Of a DNA stretch of 64,000 nt, positions 53,300 to 64,000 are shown piece by piece; the stretch's first letter is position 1; every line of letters begins with the position of its first letter. The notes under the pieces were generated by a model, which did no database searches, was not told the origin of the DNA, and saw only the letters and a program-made list of their open reading frames with translations. Both the position numbers and the translations under genes were made by a program. The DNA is from Camelus dromedarius (Eukaryota): positions 33,420,001-33,484,000 of the forward strand of contig NC_087447.1 of assembly GCF_036321535.1 (NCBI RefSeq), given 5' to 3'.

Positions 53300-56060
53300 T
53301 TTAAATAGATTTTCAGAAAAACTGCAAAGATATCAGAGTTCGTATACACCTCATAGTCAGTTTCTCCTATTAATTTCTTATGTCCGTACAGTAGGTACAG
53401 TTATCAGAATTAATGAACCATATTGATACATGAGTATTAACTAAAGTCAATACTTTAGTCAGATCGCCTTAGTTTTTACCTAATACCCTTTTTTCTGCTC
53501 CATGATCCCATCCAGGATGCTACATTAGATGTCTTTTAGCTCTGACGATTCAGACTTGCCTTATGACTTTGAGGATTTTGAGAAGTACTGATGAGATATT
53601 TTGTAGAATTTCCTCCAGTTGGGATGTGCCTAATGTTTTTCTCATGCTTCGCCTTGGGTTTGGTTTTTAGAAGGCAAGCCACAAAGGTAAAGTGTAATTC
53701 TCATAACATGTCAAAGATACATACTATCAACAAGCCTCACTCCTACTGACGTTAATATTGCTGTTAACCTACCTGGCTGAGGTAGTGTCTGTGGGGTTTC
53801 TCAACTGTAAAGTTAGTCCTCCCCCCCTCCCTTTCCATACTGCGTTCTTTGAAATGAATTCCCTATGTGCAGTCCACGTATGAGTTGGGAGTTACGCCCC
53901 ACCTTCTTGAGGCTGAAGTAGCTACATGCATTATTTGGAATTCTACTGCAAGGGAGGTCTATTCTCTCCATCTATTTATTCAATCATTTATTTCCAATAG
54001 TATGTACTCAAGAGTATCATTTTATACTTTGGATTATTATCCAATATTAATTTATTTTGTCCTTAATTTTTTCCAGCTTTGGAAATTTTCCATTCCCAAA
54101 TTTGGAAACTTCCATTGGAAGTTTTTTTCAGTTACCTCCTATGTCCCTTTAACATATTCCCGTTATTTGTGGTTTCTTGATTTTATTTGTTTTGAGCTCT
54201 TCCTTAGTTTCTGCTACTACAAGATGCTCAAGGTTTATCTTATGTATTTTCTGGCCCAGTCCTAAAAATCAGCCATTTCTCCAAGGAGACCTGGTTGTTT
54301 TTTACTGGACAATGGTTTTAGAACCCAAGATCTGAGCTCTCAGTGTGCTCATTGCTACTGGGGTATTGTTGCTTTTAGGCCCTCTGTGCTTATAGAAGAA
54401 ATTTATGTGGTAAAATACAGATATATTTATATAATATAAATATATAAAATGTTTCTAGATCTGTACCCAAATTAACCTAAAAATCTTATACTGATGTCTT
54501 AAACTCTAATCCATCACCATGTGGGATCATTCTAGTCTCTTCCCCATACTTACCTGGAACCTCCCACAATCCACCATCCATTTAGTTGTTCACTTCTAAT
54601 ATACATGTGTAGTGATTTTAGAATTGTTAACTCACACCCTCATGTAAACAACTTAAACTAGAGTGAAATACCTGCATACAGCTCCTCTTGCCTCTACTTT
54701 TGCAGACTCCACTTGTTTCCAAAGTTACTAAGGTCAGTAACTTTTCCTCCAACTTCCTTTTTACTGAGGTTGTTCCACACATTTGTAACACAGTAAGAAT
54801 GTTATGTCACATTCTGCATTCCATTCTGGGACCCCCTGATCTCTTACACAGTATTTTTAAATATGCATACATCAAGGTTCACTCTTTGTACTTACAAATT
54901 TCTGTGAGTTTTGACAAATGCATAGTGTCATGTGTCTACCATTAGAGTATCATACACAATACTTCCATTGCCTGAAAAAATACTGATCTTTACCTATTCA
55001 ACCTTCAAATCCCTGGAAGTCACTAATCTGTTTATCACTTCTATATTTTTGCGTTTTCCAGGATGTCATGTAAATCAAATCATACAGTATGTTGACTTTT
55101 CAGACTAGATTCCTTTACTGGGAATATTATATATGCATTTAAGATTAATTCGTATCTTTGCATGACTTCATTCCTATTTTAGCACTGCAGAGTATCCCAT
55201 AGTATAGGTGTACCACAGTTAAGTTATTCATTCACCTATTGAAGGATATTCTGGTTACTTCTTCTTTTAGGTGATAATGAATAAAGCAGCTTAATAACAT
55301 TTGTGTGCAGGTTTCTTTGTGCAAAAATAGGTTTTCAAATCAACTGGGTTAAGTACCTAGGAGTGTGACTGCTGGACTGCTGAATTGTATAGCAAGACTA
55401 TGTTTACAACCTTTGTAAGATATTATCAAACTGTCTTCCAAAGTGGCTGTACTACGTTGCATTCCTATCAGCAATGAGAGTTCCTGTTGCTATACATCCT
55501 CATCAGCAATTGGTGTTGTCAGGTTTTTTTTCTTTTAAACATTCTAATCAGTGTGTAATGGCATCTCGTTCAACTTGGATTTCCCTAGTGACAAATTATG
55601 TTGAGCATTTTTTATATACTTACTTGTCATTTATATATCTTCTGTAATGAGGTATCTGTTCAGATATTTGGCCCATTTTTTAACTGGGTTGTTTACTTAT
55701 GGTTCAGTTTTAAGAATTCTTCATATATTTTGGACACAAATCCTTTAACAAATGTTTTGCAACTATTTCTCCTATTCTTTGACTTGTTTTTTCATTCTCT
55801 TAGTATGATATTTTGCAGAGCACAAGGGTTTTGTTTTAGTAAAGTTCAATTTACCAATTTTTTTCTTTCATAGATCATACACTTGATGCAGTATATAAAG
55901 ACTCATCACCAAAACCAAGGTCATGTAAACTTTTTCTTCTATGTTTTCTTCTGTAAATTTTACAGTTTTGCATTTCACATTAAGGTCCATGATCCATTTT
56001 GAGTTAATTTTTGTGAAAGGGGTGGGTAAGGTCTTTGTCTTTTTTTTTTTTTTTTTTGGC
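53300..56060 (-). mobile_element. L1MC/MD-like element (long 3' UTR and ORF2 end)
   Basis: 'tattaactaaagtcaatactttagtcagat...gatcccatccaggat', 'caaactgtcttccaaagtggctgtac'; ORF 55868..56203(-) contains '[16 protein letters not shown]' (L1 ORF2). Confidence 0.88.
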
Positions 56061-56479
56061 ATAAGGACGTCCACTTGTGTTAGCTTCATCTGATAAAGAC
56101 TGTTCTGTCCACCTGTCTGAGGAAGAAATGTGTGGCACTCCCAGGCAACAGACAAAGAACAGGTGTGAGATGGGATTGAGGACGTGTGCAAAGCGGACAG
56201 CAACCAAAAGGGTAAACTGGGGATAGATTCATAGACCCAACCTCTGACATCTAGCCCTTGTCCTATGCCCTAGTGGTTCTCAAACCACTTCCTGTATGAC
56301 AGACGGACAGGTGATGTTCACGGGCATGAAACACTCCCACAGGTGTCCATTTCTGGTACATACCTGTAACTCTAGTCCTTTCTCTCTCCTCTCAGAAAGC
56401 ACATCAAATCAGTGGCTCTCATGTACCCCTACCCCATTCTATTATGTCAGGGTACTTTTTAACATAAATGAATTACAAA

Positions 56480-57216
56480 TTTTTTATCTCCAATCTAGAC
56501 CTGTCTTCTAAGCTATGCACTTATATAACCAGTTGTCTACTCAACAACTTCACCTGGATCCTTCAAATTCAGTAAGCTCAAGACATAACTCCTGCTCCAG
56601 CAGAAGAGACAGACCTTAAAATAAGGAGAAAAAGTGAAGAGTCTGTAAGTTTAAAAAAAAAAAAAATGGGCAGGGACCCTAGCACATGGGTTCTTGAAGA
56701 CTATGTTTAAGGTGAGAAGTCATTGATGTATTTTAAGCTTCAGAGTGGGGAATGGTTGACAGGATTAATGAGTTCTCATTGATCTTGTGCATGCCCAGTT
56801 CCTTCTCTGCACAGCAACCTTCTTTCAAGTCTTTGATCATACCATGTTCCCTCCCTCCACAAGGTATTTGCACATTCTGCCCTTGTTATCTGAACACTCT
56901 TACTCCCATTCTTTACCTAGTTAACTTCTACGCAACTTCTCCTCTCACCTTAAATGCCATCACCCAAGAAGACCTCACTGATATGCACTCTCTACCAGGA
57001 TTTTTCATGAGACTATTTTCCTTTCCTTCACAGTATTCACTTGTTTCTACTTATATCTTTTTCTCATTATTTCATTAAGATCTGTCTCTCCCATTGGACT
57101 TCAAGCTCTATAAACACACAGACTATGTATGTATTCATTCTTTATTGCATCTTCAGAGCCTGGCATAGAGTCTAGCATAGTATAAAGACTTAATATTTTT
57201 GAAATAAATTAATGAA
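56480..57216 (+). mobile_element. L2 remnant; its 3' end is part of the left arm of the inverted duplication
   Basis: 'tgtctactcaacaacttcacctggat...tgtctctcccattggact...agagcctggcatag...aattaatgaat'. Confidence 0.75.
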
Positions 57217-58275
57217 TATATTAGTAAGTCTCTGGTTTTTATTAACAGTAATAAATTACATATGGCACATCTCAGAGCTGACTGTGATATATCAAACTGC
57301 TTTGACATTGAAATTGAGAATCACTGTTGTAGAAAATAAAAGTTCCTTGTCAAGGAGGTACTATACTAAAAGTACCATTTAAATGATACTACTGTTCATA
57401 ATAATTGCTAACATTAATCAAGTTCTTACCACATACCAGCTTGATAAGTACTTTCTAGACACTATTTCAGTGAATTCTTAGAATAAACCTATAAATGAGG
57501 AAATATCATTATCTTCATTTAACAGGTGAAGAAATCAACCTACAGGACTGACTTGACCAAAGACACAAATCTAGGACAATGATGCCTAAAGGCAGACCCT
57601 CTCAGAACAAAGAACCATGAGAATCAACATGGACTCACTCACCTTTTCCATAAATGAAACCACCACCTACCCATAGGAGTCACTGTGAAAGCAGACATCA
57701 GGGCAAAGAGTAGTACTGTGGGAGGCTAGCTGCTCTGGGCTGGAAACATACTGACACTTTGAACAGACCCTAGGTAGAACTCTCCTCTGTCCATGGTGCT
57801 GATGGCTCCACAGTATTGGAGGCTGAGTGACTGTCTTAAGAAATATGGTCCAGTGATCTCTGACTGCTTCTATTCAGAAGACCTCAGCTCTCAATTAAAT
57901 ATAGTGAGGTATATTGTATGTAAAGTACTTATCATTAGGCTTCTATAAAACCTCAATGAATGTCTATTATTATTATTCAATGTTGCTTTTACTGAATCAC
58001 CTTTACAAGGACATTTTCTACAACAGTGATTCTCAACTTCAATGTCAAAGCAATTTGATGTATCACAATAAACTGTGAAGTGTACCACATGTTAATACTG
58101 TTAGTAAAAATGAGATGTTCGTTAACGTATTCATTCATTCCCAAGATAATTATTCAACCTCTACACTAGGCCCTATGCTCGGCTTGGACATTATGATAAG
58201 CAAAAATAGACATGGCCTATGTGTTCATAGAGTTTACAATCCAGTGGGAGAGACAAGCATTATAGAAATAATTAT
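57065..58275. repeat. Imperfect inverted repeat, arms about 57065-57480 and 57890-58275, 55-bp core 52/55 identical
   Basis: 57283-57337 versus reverse complement of 58013-58067 aligned by hand: 3 mismatches, no gaps. Flanks align at lower identity. Confidence 0.92.
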
Positions 58276-58751
58276 ACTAAAAAAATGTACAATTAGAAAC
58301 AGAGATAAAGACTGGAGTTGGGGTGGGGGAGGTGGTTTTATGACAAAGCCGGATCAACTTAAGTCCCACTGGGATAAGGCTACTCAGACTGGTAAGCATA
58401 AGCTACATGAGTGTTATGAAGGATCTCTCTTGAACATGCAGGGTTACTAAGAAGAGCTATGCTTGGGAAGGAGCCTAGAAGATGAGGCCCAGCTGGACCA
58501 TAGTAAGGTAAGACACCCAGCAAGTGATGGTCTAGCTGGTCAATCTCTCAGGGGCCCTTTAAAAAAGACAAGTGTAACAAGTTCCCACCAGCCCACCTGC
58601 CATCACAAAGCCTCCTCCATAGCCAGTATCCCTGCTAGTGGACACAATGACTAAACATTTCCATGGGTGAGGTTATTGCCACCACCTATTCTGAATTCCC
58701 CGTCCCCCTCCTCAGAAGAGGATACCTGGATCTGGTGACTTCATCCACAAT

Positions 58752-58968
58752 CAATTTACCTAGGGCTAATATACATAAAGGGAAAATGTGCCTAAAGCAG
58801 CTTTATCTAAAACCAAGTTTGACTAAAGCCAATTTACCTTCCTAGCACACATGAATCGTTATGAATTTCACCAACAGGAATTTTATGTCAGTAGTACCAT
58901 TAGGGGAAATTATCATTAAGTAAACTGTTAGATAAATTGATTTTAGAATAATTCACTTGGGCAAACTT
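58752..58968. repeat. Foldback-like element: six ~15-17-bp direct repeats followed by five inverted copies
   Basis: Left units resemble CAATTTRCCTAAA; right units resemble TTAGRYAAAYTG. Confidence 0.65.
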
Positions 58969-59271
58969 GGCGCACCTAAGCGCAATCTCCGGCAGTTCAG
59001 AAGGCAGATGAGGTGGCTCCCAGCTGCCGGGCTGCCAGTGTAACCGGAGCCCCTCCCACCTCCCAAAAGGACGAGTGGGCTTCCAAAACTAATCAGTTTG
59101 CACTACACTGCCAGAATTCCTGTTACAGTCCCCATCTCCATCATGCCTCCTAAGGGCAGAAGATGTTCCTGGTCACCATCATCCTGAAGCTGACTTTGCC
59201 CTAACCCCTCATCAGCTCAGACCACCCAGGCATCTGGGAGGTAGAGCCACTGTGCAAACAGCGTTTTTTAA

Positions 59272-59428
59272 AAAGTGCTTCACAGACTAAGGTGCATGTG
59301 AATCATCTCGTTAAAATGCAGGTTCTGATTCAGTAGGTCTGGGCTGAAGTGCAGGATGCTGCATTTCTGGTCAGCCCCTGGTGATGCCACTTCTGCTGGT
59401 CTATAGGCTACAATGTCTGTAGCAAAGT
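59272..59428. mobile_element. MER5A-like hAT-Charlie MITE
   Basis: 'gtgcatgtgaatcatc...gttaaaatgcaggttctgattcagtaggtctgggc...tgcatttct...ggtgatgcc'. Confidence 0.85.
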
Positions 59429-60084
59429 CTTACAGCATGAATGTGGCTGCTAAGATGTGCAGGCTGGACCGGAGGTGAAAACCCCTGGATATCAGGAGGC
59501 ATTTAGGAGGGCTTCTTCCCTGGCCTTGGACATAAGGATGCAAGAGAAGGCAGATCAGCGGCAAACTCCTAAGTTCTTGGAGTCAGAAACCATGACTAAA
59601 ACTTTCCCTGCCATCAGAGAGTTCACCGGGCAACTGCTTTCAAATACCAAGAAAGCTGCAAAAGTCCTATCTCCTCGAAAGAAGATGGAGTAATTGCTTT
59701 CCAGACCAGGAATTTCACAATCATACAAAATACATCCCTGCCTATCTTGGAAATGCATTTGTAAAAATGCCTCCTTTTCCATCACACCAGGAGGCCTAGA
59801 CAAACTATTTTTTTGTGTGCTAAGAATGTCCTTTCATAGAAGACCTTACAATGAAATATAAAAAGAAATTCTGCTGGCCTACTTAAACTACAAAGACGTT
59901 AGATGAGCAAGTTAGCTGAAGAAAGAAGCTGGAGAGAGCAGGGGGGTCAAGGTAAGATGAGGTGTCACTGAGGGGTGGTCCCCGGTCCTCTTCCTCCTTC
60001 CACAAGCACATCTCAGTGACTCAAAACCTGTTATCATTTGAGGCCTGGCAAAGACCTTTATAAATTACTCCTTCCTTTAATTAC

Positions 60085-60668
60085 AAAAGGAAATGTAAGA
60101 ACTTTACAGGAAACTATCAAGCTCCACTTTAACCAACTGAGATTAACATGACCAGTAATAGAGAGGTCAACATTAGGAACCCCTTGACAGGAAGCCTGAA
60201 GAAAGCAAAATATCATTTCTACAGTAGTCTTACCAAAACAGGAAAAAAAAAAAAACCTGAATTTAACCATGAGAAAATGTCAGAAACTCAAATTGAGGGG
60301 TACTCTACAAAAGAACTGGCCGGTATTCTTCAAAAATGTCCAAGTCATGAATGACAAGCAGTCTGGGGAACTGCCACCTTTTAGACATTAAGGAGAAACA
60401 GTAACAAAATAAGACTTGGTATCCTAGACAGGATCCTAGAACAGGACGGGGAAAGAGACATTAGTGGAAAACTGATAAAATTCAAAAAAGGCATCATGCA
60501 GTTTGGCTCACAGTCCTGCAGCAATGTCAGTTTCCTGCTTGTGATCATTTTTCCATGGTTATGTATGATGTTGACATTAGAGGAAGGTGGGTAGGGATAT
60601 AACAAGAACTCTGTACCATTTCACAACTTCCCTCTAAGTCTAAAATTAGTTCAAAAGAAAACATTAAA
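60085..60668 (+). mobile_element. L1MC5-like 3' end
   Basis: 'ctgaatttaaccatgagaaaatgtcag...ttcaaaaatgtcc...ggatcctagaacag...gaactctgtaccattt...aagtctaaaattagttcaaaa'. Confidence 0.8.
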
Positions 60669-61478
60669 TGACTGTTTGCTACCCCAAAAGGCAGAGCCAA
60701 GGAGGCCATACCAGTGGTTGACATCTCAGTGGGAAAAGTCTATGACATTTTTTGAACTTGGGAAAAAGGAAAGACTGGATCCACTAGACATTCTCTCTTG
60801 ACTCTGCCTTTCCTCAACAAGACTTTGGTTCATAGCTTCACCTTATCTCCCCTAGTCACTGGATCATCCTTACAGTAAGTCAAGAGAAGCCATCAAATCA
60901 CTCTGGTTCCAATTGCAAAATCTACCTTCTACCTGTTAGAGTTGCAGAAAAGTGAAATCTTAGGAATGGCTAGGAAATGAGGTACTAAAATTGACTGGAA
61001 GAGACTTTCTGGGGAAAAGAATGCTACAAAACAAAGACAACAAGAGAAAAAAAAATTAAGAGTTCTGGTGGCTGAGACTGGGTGGATATCTGAGAACAGG
61101 GAAGGCCCAAGGATACACAGGGGTCAGAAGTCTACAGATCACCAATTACTGGGGCAGAGGAACCCCAAAATAGATCCAAAAAGCCCTCATCTCCAGCCAC
61201 CCAGAGCAAGATTTGAGTAGGAACAAGGCCTCTCTTCTATACCTTGGAAAAGAGTAGTCAATGGCTCCTCATCAGTCACTAAAATAATGACAAAGTTGTT
61301 TTATTATTATTATTATTTCTTCTGTGGGTCTCTAATGTTTGCAAGTTAGATGTGAAAATCAGGTTTCAAACCTGACTTATTTTAATAGATATCCCAAGAG
61401 TAGAGCACACAAGATAAAGACATTAAGAAAAATTAACTCATACCCTTTGGGCTGAGAACAGTAAACATAGCTGTATAA

Positions 61479-61503
61479 TCACCACCACCACCACCACCAC
61501 CGA
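61479..61503 (+). repeat. (CAC)n microsatellite
   Basis: About 8 tandem CAC units. Confidence 0.9.
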
Positions 61504-61964
61504 CTGGCTTATTTTGAGAATAAAGCCCATGGGGAAGGTATGATAGTAATGTTGTTATAGCTATTATTACACATGAAGAAGCTAAAGTTCCAAGATATAA
61601 CGTGACCTGACCAAGATAGCACAGCCAGTAAGTGGTGGATCAAAGATTTGAACCCTAGATTTATGTAACTAATGATATTCTTTATACTCCGCAACACCAT
61701 GTCTAGGACGTTGCAGAGGATATGAAGTTGCTGGCACCAGCAAAGAGATACTGAGACTGTTAGCACTGTGTCAATGAAGGCAAGAGCGGGTAAAAAGCTT
61801 CCTTGGGGAGCTACCTGTTCTTAACGTACTGTGCCGTAACAATAGATGAAAGTCACCTACGCAAAGTTTCCTCTTTGCAACCTCACCACTCTCTCCACAG
61901 AGAAGACTGTTTTCAGGAAGAGGAAAGATGTACAAATCAACTCAGCACAGAAGAGACTGCTAGC

Positions 61965-62310
61965 CTATCACCAAACCCATGTCCTTTTCCTCTTGGCATA
62001 GAGGGAGACTCATTCCTTGCCTCTCTTGCTGTTGAGTATGGCCATGTGATGGAAATTCAGCCAATGGAATGTCAACAAAGTAATTGATATAAGCTGCTTC
62101 CAGGATTGGCCCCAAACCTCCCAGATACAATCCTTCTCTTTCTGGATGCTGGAATGAAGGTCACGCCCAGGGAAACATGGAGCTCCACACGCTGAAGAGG
62201 GCAGAATGACAAAGTAGATGGAGCTTGGATCTCTCAGCTTCCACTAGAATTTCCCAGGGGAGATGCCTTAGCAGAAATACTTGCATTAGTCTAGTACGTG
62301 AGCAAACAGA
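61965..62310 (+). mobile_element. ERVL LTR16-like solo LTR
   Basis: 'cattccttgcctctcttgctgttgagtatggccatgtgatggaaattcagccaatggaatgt...tgaagagggcagaatgacaa'. Confidence 0.7.
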
Positions 62311-63221
62311 CATGGGACATCCCTAGTCAAAAATCTCAGTTAGAAAAGAGTCCCAGAAGTAAGTCCCAAAAATCCCTCTAAACCACAGAGAAAGCTTCCT
62401 GCCACTTCATTTGGTAGCAATGAGCACTGGCAGTGTTGGTAGTTTTACAGTCGTCTCATTTGAATTTAATTCTTGAAATTACAAGAATGGAAACGTAATT
62501 TTATTTCGACATTGGTCACCCAGACTCTTCAGATCATAGGACAATGTAAGGGGGTCCATGGAATTAGGCATTATACATTAATGCCACTGACAGTGACATT
62601 TAGAGTCTCTCTTACAGACGACGGCACTGAGACTCAGATAACCTAAGCCATGGCTCCTCTCTATGCTCCCACCCCAAAACCAAGGCTACTTCTGGTCAAT
62701 TCCAACGTAAATCTCTCAGAGGTATAATAGCTAAACCAACTCTCAGTGGGCAACAGAACCCGGTCTGATATTCCCCTCTCCTAGATGGATAACATACTAT
62801 CCCGTCTGGAGAGCATTTAATGCAAAGAAGCACAGCCTCAGCAAAGGCTGGTTCCCTCTGCCTCCACTCAGCCACAAATATTCTCTAGAGATCCCTACTC
62901 TGTCCCTCTCTTCTTGGCAAAGGTCATGTTCACAAAGCAAAGGCCAAGTTAAAGTGTCCCATTCAGATACCTACATGGGATCCAGCCACAGCACTGTCTT
63001 GCTTGGAGGGGTTTAAGGTGAGAACTTCCAGGGAAGCCAGCTTCCATAGCCAGCCTTTGGATGATTTTCCTGGAGTTGTATCAATCCCCGAACCAGCTCC
63101 TCACTCAGAGTTGTGCAATGAACGTGAATTCTCCATCTCTAGGAATTCACACTCATATGCCCAGGGAAGAGACCAGGACTCTCTTTGCAAAGATCTGAAA
63201 AACTAGTGGAGGCAGAGAATG

Positions 63222-63655
63222 CTGGCTGTCCCCCAGTGTGCACTCTCCTCTCCTTCCTTTAATAATAGTCTTATTGGGGTACGTGGCCACCCAGAATGGA
63301 AGCACATTCCCCACCTCACCTACAGGAAAGTGTGGCCATGTGATCAATTTCTGGCCACGCGGATGCAAGTGAAAGTCACATTAGAACATGAGGAGCAAAC
63401 GCCTTGCTTCAATCCTCCCTCATGGTGACATAGCATGGGGGGTGGGGGAGAAAACCATCATGAACCACGGGGCAGAGGGCAACATCCCAGAGGCTGCAGG
63501 GACACAATATTGAAGCACCTAGTCTCCTGATCCAGTGATGTCACATCAGCTCTGGACGAACTGCCCTCACCCTGCCGCATGGAAGACAATTAAATTTTCA
63601 CTTTGTTTAAACCACTGTTGGTCTTTGTTTCAGCAGCCAAGGCTGGATCTTCATT
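63222..63655 (+). mobile_element. ERVL LTR16-like solo LTR
   Basis: 'cacattccccacctc...gtgtggccatgtgatcaatttctggcca...ttgtttaaaccactgttggtctttgtt'. Confidence 0.7.
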
Positions 63656-64000
63656 AGATTCCTCCCAGGAGGTGCAGGGAGGTGTCTGGGGGATCTCCAG
63701 GGGCATCGGCTTGCCTTCCAGCCCTGGTTGGATGGCAGGTCCCTCTCTCTGTGAAGGCCAGAGAGGGCATAGGGCGTAGCTGGAAAGGCCTTGCAGTGAT
63801 TCCCACAGACCTGTCCATGGAAGGCTTGCGTTAGAACTGACAGGCAACATATGTAACACTGACGTTCCTGGAGCAAATTCCTAGGGATTCAGATTCAGGA
63901 TATTTGTAACAACTCCTAAAATCTGTATTTCAAAAGTTCACCACATCATTAAAATATTCAACCATGTCTTCTGTGGCCTGAAGCCCACGGGGATATGAGT

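Noticed and set aside
57283..58067. Inverted cores as the TIRs of a single hAT transposon
   Set aside because: The TIR-like words face the wrong way (CACTG on the left, CAGTG on the right), and similarity extends past them on both sides.
1..64000. CRISPR arrays, operons, rRNA genes or retrogenes
   Set aside because: None seen: no regular repeat-spacer arrays, no long ORFs and no recognisable processed pseudogene.

Overview
Mammalian genomic DNA, most likely camelid (a vic-1-type tRNA-derived SINE and young camelid/cetartiodactyl-type L1 3' ends are present). The window lies inside the large NELL1 gene on the minus strand. It holds two short coding exons of the N-terminal LamG/TSPN domain (44233-44403, 171 nt; 6188-6284, 97 nt; exons 4 and 5 by recalled human numbering), separated by a 37,948-nt intron. 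The rest is intronic: L1, L2, L3/CR1, MIR, MaLR/ERVL solo LTRs, DNA-transposon MITEs and a few repeat-free islands that may be regulatory. Nearly all ORFs in the track are spurious. Repeat family names come from recalled consensus sequences, and their boundaries are approximate. I see no new protein-coding system. The most unusual structures are an old inverted duplication (about 57065-58275) with a 55-bp core that could form near-perfect dsRNA in NELL1 pre-mRNA, and a foldback-like element of inverted ~15-bp repeat arrays (58752-58968).
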